Source of the DNA: an uncultured archaeon
Lineage (GTDB): Archaea; Nanobdellota; Nanobdellia; Pacearchaeales; GW2011-AR1
Length of the DNA: 64,000 bases
Assembly: GCA_902385655.1 (NCBI GenBank)
Contig: CABMGO010000005.1
Location: 248,693 to 312,692, forward strand
Direction: 5' to 3'
Below the pieces are notes generated by a model that made no database searches, was not told the origin of the DNA, and worked only from the letters and a program-made list of their open reading frames with translations. Position 1 is the first letter of the stretch. Each line of letters opens with the position of its first letter. Below are positions 54,128 to 63,892 of the stretch, piece by piece. A program made the translations under genes and the position numbers.

Positions 54128-55453
54128 ATGTTAAATACTATGTCTAATTTGGCGAAGGAATTTCTTGAAATTTCAAAAGATAGACAAATAAGACTCATTT
54201 CACACTATGACACGGATGGAATTACCTCGGCAGCAATAATGACTCGAACATTAAAAAGGCTAGACAAAAAATTTACGTTACGGATAGTGAAGGGCTTAGA
54301 GAAGAATATAATTGAGGAGGAGCTCTCAAGAAACAAAAGAGAAATTTTATTTTTTGTAGATCTTGCCTCAAGTAGTATTGATCAACTAAGAAGCTCATCT
54401 GAACCAGTTTTCATTTTAGACCACCATGAAATAGATGGATCCAAAATAAATGAAAAAATCAAAATAGTTAACCCTCATTTATTCAACGAGGAAGAAATTT
54501 GCAGTGCAGGCCTTTCCTATTTATTTGCAAAAGCAATTTCTGAAAAAAATAAAGATCTCGCAAATACTGCAATTATAGGCATGGTGGGAGACAGACATGA
54601 AACAAAGCTAAACAAGCATTATCAACTTATAATAAATGATTCAGAAAATCTCGAAATAAAAAAATCACTTCTCATATTCTCTGCAACAAGACCCCTAAGA
54701 AAATCCCTCGAGTATTCTACCTCTTTTTATATACCTGGAGTAACGGGATCATCAAAAGGAGTCCAAGAGTTACTGAGAGAAAATGGAATTTCTGGAGAAA
54801 AAACACTGTATGAGCTAACAGATGAAGAAATATCAAAATTAATTACGTCAATTTTGATAAGAATGGTTGCAAAAGGCGATAAAACAGAAATACTTGGGAA
54901 CTTATACATAACAAAATTCTACAACAGGAAAGAAGATGTCCGAGAACTATCTGTATTAATAAACGCATGTTCAAGATTAGGATTTCCAGAGATTGCACTT
55001 TCATTTTGTTTACAAAACGAAAAAGCAAAAGAACAAGCGCAAGATATCTATACCCAGTACAAACAAGAACTTATTGATGCTCTAAAAAATGCAGAAAAAC
55101 TAGAAAAAATCCAAGGCCGAGGATTTATGATTATGAATGCAAAAGACCAAATAAAAGATACTATCATTGGAACAGTAACTTCTATACTCTCTTCATCACT
55201 AGACTATGAATCTGGAACAATCTTAATCGGAATGGCATATAATCAAGACAAAATAAAAGTATCTGCGAGAGTTGCAGGAAGAGACGGAAAAAATCTAAAA
55301 GAAGTTCTTGAAAAAACAATAAGTATAACTCAAATGAATGCAGAAGTAGGGGGGCACCACATGGCTGCAGGATGTCTTATTAAAAAAGAAGATGAACAAA
55401 AATTTGTTGAAGAGCTCAGAAAAAACCTTGAAATTGAAGTAGTTAAAATCTAG
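54128..55453 (+). CDS. DHH-family RecJ-like/GAN exonuclease
   Basis: HYDTDGITSAAIM, ILDHHEIDG, GGHHMAAGC. Confidence 0.9.
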   Translation: MLNTMSNLAKEFLEISKDRQIRLISHYDTDGITSAAIMTRTLKRLDKKFTLRIVKGLEKNIIEEELSRNKREILFFVDLASSSIDQLRSSSEPVFILDHHEIDGSKINEKIKIVNPHLFNEEEICSAGLSYLFAKAISEKNKDLANTAIIGMVGDRHETKLNKHYQLIINDSENLEIKKSLLIFSATRPLRKSLEYSTSFYIPGVTGSSKGVQELLRENGISGEKTLYELTDEEISKLITSILIRMVAKGDKTEILGNLYITKFYNRKEDVRELSVLINACSRLGFPEIALSFCLQNEKAKEQAQDIYTQYKQELIDALKNAEKLEKIQGRGFMIMNAKDQIKDTIIGTVTSILSSSLDYESGTILIGMAYNQDKIKVSARVAGRDGKNLKEVLEKTISITQMNAEVGGHHMAAGCLIKKEDEQKFVEELRKNLEIEVVKI

Positions 55454-55487
55454 TTTTAAGTTAAATGACGATTAAAAAGTAAAAAAT

Positions 55488-55590
55488 TGATACGAGATCT
55501 TCTGCATTTAACGACCTCGCAATCGACTTGCGAACTGGATAAATAGCGAAGCTTCAAGAATTTCCTTAAAAACTTTGGTTACCTAAACTA
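55488..55590. repeat. R4 copy
   Basis: cctcgcaatcgacttgcg…gcttcaagaatttccttaaaaactttggttacctaaac; partial copy at ~55680-55715. Confidence 0.65.
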
Positions 55591-55780
55591 TAAAACTAGC
55601 TGAACGGAAACTTCTGCAACTAACCGCTGCGTGCTTTGCACGCAAGATAAGAAACAAATTTTTTCTTCGAAAAAATTTGACAATTTCCTCAAAAAATTGG
55701 TTACCCAAACTATAAACTCTAATATTCTTCAAGCAAACCAAGAACCTAACCTTTAAAAATTAAAAAAACCAATTTAAGCT

Positions 55781-56026
55781 ATGGTAAACCTAGGAGAAAT
55801 TTTAGCATCAGCAGAAAAAATATCAAATCCGAAAGAATGTTTTGAATATTTAGACTCACAAAAACTCTCTACTGAAGAACTTAGAACCATCGTTAGAGCA
55901 AGATGCAGAACAATAGAATTCTCCGCAGAGGCTTATAAAAGATATGGTCCAAACACGCTCTATGACGAAGCAGAAAGACATAATCTGCTCGTTGCAGCAC
56001 AAAGTCCACAGGGATGTAGAACCTAA
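55781..56026 (+). CDS. small hypothetical protein
   Basis: ORF track. Confidence 0.4.
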   Translation: MVNLGEILASAEKISNPKECFEYLDSQKLSTEELRTIVRARCRTIEFSAEAYKRYGPNTLYDEAERHNLLVAAQSPQGCRT

Positions 56027-56075
56027 GCCAAATACCAATCTAAATCTTTAAAAACCCTCAAAATCACTAACGTTT

Positions 56076-56246
56076 ATGGCAGACGCAAAATTTGTAAAAG
56101 TAAAATGTTCCAAATGTAAGAATACCCAAGTTATATTTGGAAAAGCAGCTACAAAGGTAAAATGCACAGAATGTGACGGAATTATCGCACTACCTTCTGG
56201 CGGAAATGCAAAGATAAGAGCAAGAGTAGAAGAAGTTCTAAAATAA
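56076..56246 (+). CDS. rps27e: ribosomal protein S27e
   Basis: Translated by eye: FVKVKCSKCKNTQVIFGKAATKVKCTECDGIIALPSGGNAKI. Confidence 0.88.
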   Translation: MADAKFVKVKCSKCKNTQVIFGKAATKVKCTECDGIIALPSGGNAKIRARVEEVLK

Positions 56247-56250
56247 GCAA

Positions 56251-56823
56251 ATGTCAAGAGTTGAAACAATAGTTCTTTTTGATATGGATGATACTCTTTT
56301 CGATCATAACGGCCAATTACTGAAAGATTTAAAAAAATTAGCCGATCCTTCTGAACCAGAACTTTCTGAAAAAGACCTATATAAAGCACCGCCGCATATT
56401 AGAGAAAGAACATTTAGAATAAGAGAAAGAAAAGAATGGTGGGCAGATCTTCCAAAATTTCAATTAGGTTGGGATGTCTGGAACCTCGTAGGAGAGCTTA
56501 GTTATCAAAGAGAAATTCTTACTAAAGCCAACTTAAAAAATCCAGCAATGTGGATGGGAAAAGTTGAATGCATAGTAAAAAATATAGGAGAAAAAACCCC
56601 AGTGACAATTACTTCAACAAGTAAGTCCAGACATTATGGAAGAGTGCTAGTAGACGATTTCCCAGAATATTGCTCAAGTTGGTTAAACCACAGACCCAGA
56701 GGTCTAGTTATTATGCCTGCACATGAATATAACAGATATTTCTCTCATCCACAACTAATAAGATATGATGGAACCAACTTAGAAGAAGTAAGAAGGGCCC
56801 TAATTAAAGTTAAAGTCCAATAA
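56251..56823 (+). CDS. HAD-like phosphatase/5'-nucleotidase
   Basis: VLFDMDDTLFDHNGQLLKDL…VLVDDFPEY. Confidence 0.7.
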   Translation: MSRVETIVLFDMDDTLFDHNGQLLKDLKKLADPSEPELSEKDLYKAPPHIRERTFRIRERKEWWADLPKFQLGWDVWNLVGELSYQREILTKANLKNPAMWMGKVECIVKNIGEKTPVTITSTSKSRHYGRVLVDDFPEYCSSWLNHRPRGLVIMPAHEYNRYFSHPQLIRYDGTNLEEVRRALIKVKVQ

Positions 56824-56870
56824 ATAACGGACACTAATGCTTAAAAACCATTTAATTCTCATTTTTATGT

Positions 56871-57578
56871 ATGGCATATCAAGAAGGCGACCTAGTATTA
56901 TGCACTGTAGAAAAGATAGAAGGGACTACCGTATTTGTAAAACTACCTGACAATTCGCAAGGAACAATAGTTTTTTCCGAGATAGCTCCGGGAAGAATTA
57001 GAAATATAAGAGAGTATGTAATGCCGAATAAGAAAATTGTCTGTAAGGTTCTAAGAGTTTCTTCAAATCATATGGATCTTTCATTAAGAAGAGTTAGTGC
57101 AAAAGAAAGAACAGAAATTATGGACCAATTCAAACAAGAAATGACTTCCAAATCCGCATTAAATTCTATATTGAAAGACAAAGCAAAAGAAGTAGAAGAT
57201 AAAATCTTGCAAAATTTTTCCTCACTCTCAGAATTCTTCTTAAAAGCAAGAGATGACGAAAAAATAGTAGACAAGTACATTCCAAAAGAATTTGTAGAAC
57301 AGTTAAAGAAAATAACTCAAAAAAGAAAAAAAGGAGTGGAAATCAAAAAAGTTGTAAAGATGAAATGTTTAGCACCAGACGGAATAAAAAAAATAAAAGA
57401 AATTTTCTCTGAAAACGACGAACAGATACAAATAACATATATCTCTGCTGGAAACTTCCAAATAAATATAAAAGATGAAGACTATAAAAAAGCAAATCAG
57501 AAAATGAATGACTTCTTAGCAATAGTAGAAAAGAAAGGAAAACAGAATTCTTGTGAATATTCTATTGAAGACAAATGA
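56871..57578 (+). CDS. eif2a: translation initiation factor 2 alpha subunit
   Basis: S1 domain; EGDLVLCTVEKIEGTTVFVKLP…VMPNKKIVCKVLRVSSNHMDLSLRRV. Confidence 0.9.
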   Translation: MAYQEGDLVLCTVEKIEGTTVFVKLPDNSQGTIVFSEIAPGRIRNIREYVMPNKKIVCKVLRVSSNHMDLSLRRVSAKERTEIMDQFKQEMTSKSALNSILKDKAKEVEDKILQNFSSLSEFFLKARDDEKIVDKYIPKEFVEQLKKITQKRKKGVEIKKVVKMKCLAPDGIKKIKEIFSENDEQIQITYISAGNFQINIKDEDYKKANQKMNDFLAIVEKKGKQNSCEYSIEDK

Positions 57579-57727
57579 GCCTAAAATTAAAAAGATGCCC
57601 GAATTGTAAAGAGTATAATCTTACAGAGACATGTAGAAAATGCAAATCAAAAACCGAAGACGCACATTACAAGTTTATAAAAATCAGAGATGCGCCCAAT
57701 AGTGATGGATTTTTTAAAGATCACTAA
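57575..57727 (+). CDS. nop10: Nop10
   Basis: Translated by eye: LKRCPNCKEYNLTETCRKCKSKTEDAHYKF. Confidence 0.85.
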   Translation: MSLKLKRCPNCKEYNLTETCRKCKSKTEDAHYKFIKIRDAPNSDGFFKDH

Positions 57728-57728
57728 A

Positions 57729-58322
57729 TTACAAATTAGTTATCTCTTTTTTAACTATCTGCATATCGGCTTCCCATAAAGATTTTAACTTTTGATTATA
57801 AATTATTGCTGCAGGATGAAATAAAGGAATAAGCTTAATTTTGAGACCTTCAAATTCCATAATTCTAACTTTTCCATGTAAACTTGTAATTCCTGGCTGA
57901 CTATCCATTTCATCAACTTCACCATTAGCTAAGAAAAATTTTGTAGCATAATTTCCCAAAGAACAAACTACAGCAGGTTTCATTTCCCTAATTTGCTTAA
58001 TAAGCCAAGGAGTATGGGCCTTAATTTCTTCAGGCAAAGGATTTCTATTTTCAGGAGGCCTGCATTTTAGTATATTCGCAACATAAATATCATTCAAACT
58101 TAATCCAACTTCATGAAGAAGTTTATCTAAATTTTTTCCAGCTGCACCAACAAAGGGAAAACCCTGCTCGTCCTCATTTCTTCCTGGCGCCTCACCAACA
58201 AACAAAATTTTCGCATTGATATTTCCTTTTCCAACAACAATATTTTTACAATTTTTACAAATATCTGTCTGCTTAACTAACTCTGCTTCTGGAAAATTAA
58301 ATTCGGATTCGTTGATTGCCAT
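57729..58322 (-). CDS. udg: family 4 uracil-DNA glycosylase
   Basis: ILFVGEAPGRNEDEQGFPFVGAAGKNLDKLL…LIPLFHPAAI. Confidence 0.92.
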   Translation of the reverse strand: MAINESEFNFPEAELVKQTDICKNCKNIVVGKGNINAKILFVGEAPGRNEDEQGFPFVGAAGKNLDKLLHEVGLSLNDIYVANILKCRPPENRNPLPEEIKAHTPWLIKQIREMKPAVVCSLGNYATKFFLANGEVDEMDSQPGITSLHGKVRIMEFEGLKIKLIPLFHPAAIIYNQKLKSLWEADMQIVKKEITNL

Positions 58323-58625
58323 CTAGCTTTCCTCAAGAATTATTCTTTTACTAAATCCCCCACGTTTAGCAAATTTTTCTCTTCTTAATAATTCCAACTT
58401 ATTTCTATCAAATTTTTTGTAATCACAAATAGCATAAATAATCTCAAGAAGGTCTGCCAATTCTTCCTTATTTTCCACCTCAGAAAATTCCTTAAATTCC
58501 TCAGAGAATTTTTCCTTTAATTTTAACCAATACTCCTTATCAGAAGCAGTATGATATAAGCATTTTTGGCCACTGCACCCGATAATCTCGGGAATTTTAT
58601 CTCTCACGAGTTTATTATATTGCAT
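58323..58625 (-). CDS. MazG/phosphoribosyl-ATP pyrophosphohydrolase-like
   Basis: YNKLVRDKIPEII…ELADLLEIIYAI. Confidence 0.8.
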   Translation of the reverse strand: MQYNKLVRDKIPEIIGCSGQKCLYHTASDKEYWLKLKEKFSEEFKEFSEVENKEELADLLEIIYAICDYKKFDRNKLELLRREKFAKRGGFSKRIILEES

Positions 58626-58659
58626 AAAAGAGAATAAACTAAATGCATTAATAAATTTA

Positions 58660-58860
58660 CGCCCCCACCGAGCAATTCGCTTTTGCTAAACATTCTTGAA
58701 AATAGGTTAAATTACAAATGCAAATTGCGAGCAAAGGATTTGTTCAAATCCAAGTAACGCTTCCCACGAAAAAAATTTCGCTTTGAAGAACAAAAAAGCA
58801 ATCTCAGTATTCTGAAATGCAAAATTTTTTCAAGATTTGAACTGAGAAGAGGTTCAAAGA
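58660..58860. repeat. two R5 copies (58669-58732, 58768-58831) alternating with split tRNA-Arg(GCG) 3' fragments
   Basis: cgcccccac|CGAGCAATTCGCTTTTG…ACAAATGCAAATTGCGAGC|…ggatttg; cccacga|AAAAAATTTCGCTTTGAAG…GAAATGCAAAATTTTTTC|aagatttgaact. Confidence 0.8.
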
Positions 58861-58933
58861 CGCCCCCACGAGGATTTGAACCTCGGTCGTACGGACCGCA
58901 ACCATACATTCTATCCAGCTGAACTATAGGGGC
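58861..58933 (-). tRNA. tRNA-Arg(GCG)
   Basis: GCCCCTA…TATGG TTGCGGT CCGTA…CGAGG TTCAAAT CCTCG TGGGGGC. Confidence 0.82.
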
Positions 58934-59034
58934 AAAATAACAATAATAACAATAAAAAAGACTTTTAAAACCTATCAAAATTTAGAAAAGTAAACTATAG
59001 TTAACTTTTTAAGCATATTTTCTCTAAATAAAAC

Positions 59035-60189
59035 ATGGAAAAATTATATTTAGACAATGCTGCAACAACTCCTTTAGCAAAAGAAGTGGTTCAAGAGTTA
59101 AATAAAAAAATAAGTCTATTTGGAAACCCGTCATCAAGACATGTGCTTGGAAGAGAAGCAAAAATTGAAATAGAAAAAGCAAGAGAGAAAATTGCAAAAT
59201 CAATAAATGCAAAACCGGAAGAAATCATTTTTACTTCTGGAGCTACAGAGAGTAATAACTTAGCAATAAAGGGCCTAGCGGAAGCAAATCCTACGAAGAA
59301 GCAGATTATTACTTCTGAAATTGAACATCCAAGTATCTTAGAAGTATGTAAGAACTTAGGAAAAAGAGGATACCAAATAGACAAAATATCTGTTGACTCA
59401 GAAGGAATAATCAATTTAAAAGAGCTAAAAGATAAAATTTCAAAAGACGCACTTCTAGTTTCAGTTATGCATGTAAACAATGAAATTGGGACAATTCAAC
59501 CAATTGAAGAAATAGCAAAGATCTGCAAAGAAAAAAATGTGCCTTTCCACACAGATGCAGTACAATCGTTCGGAAAATTAAAGATAGATGTTCAAAAAAT
59601 AGGAATAAACCTTCTCTCAGCATCAGGACATAAATTAAATGCATTGAAAGGAATAGGATTCTTATATGTAAAAAGGGGGATGAATATTGAACCTCAATTG
59701 AATGGAGGAGGACAAGAAAACAACCTAAGGAGCGGAACAGAAAATGTTTTAGGAATTATTTCACTAGCAAAAGCAATCGAACTGAAAAGAGAATCAGAAA
59801 AAGTAGAAAAATCAAGAGATAAAATAATCAATAAACTTCTAGAAATATCCGGATCAAAATTAAATGGTTCAAAAGAAAAAAGAATTTACAATAACATAAA
59901 CATATCTTTCTATGGAATAGAAGGAGAAAGTTTACAGATGTTCTTAGATGAAGAAGGAATTTTCATTTCAACAAGTTCTGCATGCGCCTCAAACAAACTT
60001 GCAAAAAGTCATGTTCTAAAAGCGATAGGGATTGACAAAATGTATCTTAATGGAAGTATCAGAATTACCCTAGACACATTGAAACTGCTTACAACAAAAC
60101 AAGAAGATTTTATAATTAAAAAAATAAAAGAAAATGTAGAAAAACTTCAAAAGATAAGCCCATTTAAATTTCAGGAGGATAAAAAATAA
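59035..60189 (+). CDS. iscS: cysteine desulfurase
   Basis: LYLDNAATTPLAKEV; SASGHKLNALKGIGFLY; SSACAS. Confidence 0.93.
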   Translation: MEKLYLDNAATTPLAKEVVQELNKKISLFGNPSSRHVLGREAKIEIEKAREKIAKSINAKPEEIIFTSGATESNNLAIKGLAEANPTKKQIITSEIEHPSILEVCKNLGKRGYQIDKISVDSEGIINLKELKDKISKDALLVSVMHVNNEIGTIQPIEEIAKICKEKNVPFHTDAVQSFGKLKIDVQKIGINLLSASGHKLNALKGIGFLYVKRGMNIEPQLNGGGQENNLRSGTENVLGIISLAKAIELKRESEKVEKSRDKIINKLLEISGSKLNGSKEKRIYNNINISFYGIEGESLQMFLDEEGIFISTSSACASNKLAKSHVLKAIGIDKMYLNGSIRITLDTLKLLTTKQEDFIIKKIKENVEKLQKISPFKFQEDKK

Positions 60190-60210
60190 ATTTAAGAAAA
60201 ATTAAAACGA

Positions 60211-60305
60211 GAAAGTTTTCGCATTAAATAACAAGGATAACTTCAAAAGATAGGGGCGGGATTTTCTGCGTAGCAGAAAATTTGGGGAAATTATGCGAAA
60301 ATTTT
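60211..60305. repeat. R3 copy
   Basis: gaaagttttcgcattaaataacaaggataac…aggggcggg…. Confidence 0.8.
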
Positions 60306-60316
60306 GATAAAAGAAC

Positions 60317-60715
60317 ATGAAACCAACAAACACGTATAGCAAAGAAGTAATAAAGCACTTTACAAAACCAGCTAACCAAGGAGAAATAAAAAATCCGAGC
60401 GCGATTGGAGAAATTGGAAATCCAGTCTGTGGAGATGTAATGAAAGTTTATCTTAAGATAGCAAAAAATAAATCTGGAAAAAATTACATCAAAGACATAA
60501 AATTCCAAACAATGGGTTGTGCGGCAGCAATTGCAACATCTTCAATGATTACAAAGCTCGCAAAAGGAAAAACAATCGAAGAAGCAAAAAAAATAACAAA
60601 TGCTCAAGTTGCAGAATCGCTTAAAGGACTGCCACCAATAAAGATGCACTGCTCAAACCTTGCAGCAGATGCCTTGAAAAAAGCAATAGAAAATTTAGAA
60701 AAAAAGAAAAAATAA
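60317..60715 (+). CDS. iscU: Fe-S scaffold protein
   Basis: NPVCGDVMKVYLKI…FQTMGCAAAIATSS…KMHCSNLAADAL. Confidence 0.9.
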   Translation: MKPTNTYSKEVIKHFTKPANQGEIKNPSAIGEIGNPVCGDVMKVYLKIAKNKSGKNYIKDIKFQTMGCAAAIATSSMITKLAKGKTIEEAKKITNAQVAESLKGLPPIKMHCSNLAADALKKAIENLEKKKK

Positions 60716-60729
60716 ACAAATAATAAAAA

Positions 60730-61002
60730 TTACTTCCCGCTAACTTTCAACTTTTCAAATAAAGTAACATACCTTTGGCATTCGTGAAAATTATCTCCGC
60801 AGAAATTACAAAGATCATAGCCAAATCCTCTGCCATCAGCATCAGGGCCCGCAGTTAACTTACACCAGAACTGATTATCAAAATCCCCGCCAAGACCTTG
60901 CTCTCTCGAAGGACATTTTGTATAATGCCCATCAGGTAAACAATTAAAATTAGTCTCTTGACCTCCAAAATCTGCAGTACCTCTATATTGTCCATCACCC
61001 AT
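60730..61002 (-). CDS. small Cys-rich protein next to IscS/IscU
   Basis: C-x…C-x…C-x2-C-x6-C (NFNCLPDGHYTKCPS…FWCKL…YDLCNFCGDNFHECQ). Confidence 0.6.
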   Translation of the reverse strand: MGDGQYRGTADFGGQETNFNCLPDGHYTKCPSREQGLGGDFDNQFWCKLTAGPDADGRGFGYDLCNFCGDNFHECQRYVTLFEKLKVSGK

Positions 61003-61030
61003 TTTTTACCTCCTTTTTTATTTAAGATAA

Positions 61031-62092
61031 TTAATCTATTTCCACATCATGTAAACCATCTGTCTCAACTTGGAAAACAGTTTCATTATCTGGTAAATTA
61101 GGAGAGTCAATTAATTTCGCAACTCTAGAATCTTTCTTACCTCTTCTCAAATACATTCTATAAGTAGAAGCATGAGCAACAATGTTACCTCCAACAGCTT
61201 TTGTCGGATCTCCAAACATCTGAGCAGGATCTGCCATTACCTGATTTGTTACATAAACCGCAATATTATAACTTTCAGCAAGCTTCATTAAATTGTGTAA
61301 ATACTTGTTCATTTTTTGTTGCCTATCTGCTAACATTCCTCTTCCAGAAAATTCAGCTCTGAAATGTGCAGTCAAAGAATCGATAACAATTAGTTTGATT
61401 GGTTCGCCATTTTTAATTAACTCGGCAATTTTATCTAAAAGTAAAATCTGATGATCAGAATTAAATGCTCTCGCAACCAAAATATTTTTCAAAACTTTAT
61501 CTGGATTTGCGTTATATCTCACAGCAAGCTGTCTTATTCTTTCAGGTCTAAATGTTCCTTCAGTATCTATAAAAACTGCTTTACCATTTGCACCGCCTTG
61601 TTCAAGGGGCAACTGGACATTAACAGTTAAGGCTAAAGCCAACTGAGTCTTTCCACTTCCAAAAGCGCCAAAAGCCTCAGTTATTGACTTTGTCTCCACT
61701 CCTTTTCCTCCCAAAAGGTTATCCAAATTTTTACTTCCTGTAGTAATATAACCAACAGACTTTCTCTTTTCAGAAAATTCTAACCCATCAGAGAAACCTA
61801 AATTCATCATCTGTCTTGCAGCTTGAATCGCTTTTCTAGCAGCAGCTTCGCCAAGACCAGCCATCTCAGCAAGTTCCTTAGGACCTAAAACAGCCAAACC
61901 CATTAAATCATAAACGCCAGCAGCCTCTAGTTTTGCAGCAGTCCCAGGACCAATCCCAGGTATATCTGTCAACTTTTTATCTTCTTCCTCAGCCTCTTCT
62001 TCTTTCGTCTTCTTTTTTCCACCCTTAAGAGCGTGGACACCGAGCGGTGTTGATTTTTTTTCTTCAGAATCTTCTATTTTTTCCTCAACCAT
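61031..62092 (-). CDS. radA: DNA repair/recombination protein RadA
   Basis: HhH + GAFGSGKTQLALALTVNVQLP; FIDTEGTFRPERI. Confidence 0.96.
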   Translation of the reverse strand: MVEEKIEDSEEKKSTPLGVHALKGGKKKTKEEEAEEEDKKLTDIPGIGPGTAAKLEAAGVYDLMGLAVLGPKELAEMAGLGEAAARKAIQAARQMMNLGFSDGLEFSEKRKSVGYITTGSKNLDNLLGGKGVETKSITEAFGAFGSGKTQLALALTVNVQLPLEQGGANGKAVFIDTEGTFRPERIRQLAVRYNANPDKVLKNILVARAFNSDHQILLLDKIAELIKNGEPIKLIVIDSLTAHFRAEFSGRGMLADRQQKMNKYLHNLMKLAESYNIAVYVTNQVMADPAQMFGDPTKAVGGNIVAHASTYRMYLRRGKKDSRVAKLIDSPNLPDNETVFQVETDGLHDVEID

Positions 62093-62185
62093 TCTCCAGA
62101 AAACCACGTTTTCTTTATAAAGATTTATGTTATTCAAAGAGCATATTCAAAAATAAATCTACGACGAGAAAAACCAGAGAAATTG

Positions 62186-62662
62186 TTATACAAAAGTAAT
62201 AAATCTTCCAAAAAGTAACCAGATATCAACTAACAAAACTAAAACAAAAAAAATTTCTTCAAGAATTCTACCCGTTTTAACACCGAACAGAGAAATTTTT
62301 TTTCGATACAACGGCCAAAATAAAAAAATCCCCTCACGCGTAATAAAATCTAAAAATAAATGAGATAAGTATCCAACAAAAAAGCCAAGACTGGCAGTTT
62401 GATCAACTAAAAAAAGTAAAAAACTTAGAAAGAAAGCAAAGAGCAAACTGTGAACCATTCCACGATGAGAAACAACCCATTGAAATGGCCTGAAAAACCA
62501 ATGATTACCAATTTTGGACTTTCTCGAATCAATATCTACAAATATTGTAGCTAAAAAAAGAAAAATCCCAAAAACAACCTTCGAAGCAAAACTTGCTTGA
62601 GAAAGATCTAAATAAAATAAATACAAAAATAAACTAAAAACAATGTGTGAACGAAATAACAT
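62186..62662 (-). CDS. YdjM/DUF457-like membrane-bound metal-dependent hydrolase
   Basis: SHIVFSLFLY…VDIDSRKSKIG…SHRGMVHSLLF…YLSHLFLDF. Confidence 0.75.
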   Translation of the reverse strand: MLFRSHIVFSLFLYLFYLDLSQASFASKVVFGIFLFLATIFVDIDSRKSKIGNHWFFRPFQWVVSHRGMVHSLLFAFFLSFLLFLVDQTASLGFFVGYLSHLFLDFITREGIFLFWPLYRKKISLFGVKTGRILEEIFFVLVLLVDIWLLFGRFITFV

Positions 62663-62685
62663 CTAACCAAGAAACTAAAGAAGTA

Positions 62686-63642
62686 TTAATTCTTTTCTAG
62701 TTTCTCAATCAACTTGTCAGGATCAGCTTTTTCTAAATCCTGGATAGACAATTCCAAGTTATTGAATAATTGATTCTTTCTTACCATTCCTTTTACATAA
62801 ACTTCAGTTCCCAATAAATCACTCTTAAAAATTTCAAACTGCACAGGATCTTTTAGTTTATCTAAAGAAGTCATCTTCTCCAACTGATCGGAGAAAATAA
62901 CTGTTCTTAAAGTTTCAGTTCCATCGTCTAAAATCAAATTGAGTAAAGCTCTCTCCTTGGGAACAACTTTTCCATGTTCATTGCATGAGAATCCATCGAC
63001 CTCTTGATTAACTTTTTTTCCGCATTGAGAACAAACAGAAAAAAACCGAGGAGTAAACATCTGAACAATCGTTCCTCTAATTAAAACTCCTCCATTTTCT
63101 GAAAGAGAATCAATTGTTTTTTCAGAAAAATTTGTTTCAGTCTTAACAGTTTGTATTTGCACAGAACTCTTCTTTAACTCAGAAAAACCAGAAAGATGTA
63201 TCTCTCCTTCTCTAGTAGACCCATTTCTAATTTCAATAACATCTCCAGCTTTAACGTCTTTATTTTCTATTAAAGAAATATGATTCGTATCCCACAAAAC
63301 GACTTTGGAATTTCCAGTTTCATCTGCAACAATCAGATTAGCAACTTTCCCACTTCTCCCATTTTTATCAAAACTCCTAACTGGAAAAATGTTTATTACC
63401 TTAGCAGTAACATTAACTTTCTTCATTCCTGGCATCAATTCAGAAATTCTCAGACTAACACTATCAAAAGTGATTCCAAGTTCAGCAGCAATAATTTGTG
63501 CGGCACCTTCTTTAGAAATTAAACCAGATAACTTTGCCCTTCTAGCTTCAATCCTTCTTTCGACCTCTTCTTTCGGAATCTTCGCAGAACTCGAGATCCT
63601 CTCAACAAGTAAAGCATAACTTTCAGGCATAAGAGAAACCAA
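62686..63642 (-). CDS. rpa: replication protein A (OB-fold ssDNA-binding)
   Basis: NVTAKVINIFPVRSFDKNGRSGKVANLIVADETGNSKVVLWD. Confidence 0.88.
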   Translation of the reverse strand: MVSLMPESYALLVERISSSAKIPKEEVERRIEARRAKLSGLISKEGAAQIIAAELGITFDSVSLRISELMPGMKKVNVTAKVINIFPVRSFDKNGRSGKVANLIVADETGNSKVVLWDTNHISLIENKDVKAGDVIEIRNGSTREGEIHLSGFSELKKSSVQIQTVKTETNFSEKTIDSLSENGGVLIRGTIVQMFTPRFFSVCSQCGKKVNQEVDGFSCNEHGKVVPKERALLNLILDDGTETLRTVIFSDQLEKMTSLDKLKDPVQFEIFKSDLLGTEVYVKGMVRKNQLFNNLELSIQDLEKADPDKLIEKLEKN

Positions 63643-63741
63643 TCGTCTTTCTTTATAAGCATTATTGTGTTAAAAAAGAAAAGTAAGAAGTTTAGTGGTT
63701 CAACTCCAAAGATTTATAAAGGAAAATTCTGACCTATAATC

Positions 63742-63891
63742 ATGGCAAAATGCACAAGCTGTGGAAACGAATCTGGCGAAGTAATAAAATTTAACTGTCC
63801 TAGATGTAACAAGAAATTAATGCAAAGATGTGACAAATGCAGATCACTTTCTATCGAGTATAAATGCCCATGTGGCTTCGAAGGACCTTAA
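63742..63891 (+). CDS. small zinc-finger protein MAKCTSCGNESGEVIKFNCPRCNKKLMQRCDKCRSLSIEYKCPCGFEGP
   Basis: Translated by eye. Confidence 0.8.
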   Translation: MAKCTSCGNESGEVIKFNCPRCNKKLMQRCDKCRSLSIEYKCPCGFEGP

Positions 63892-63892
63892 T

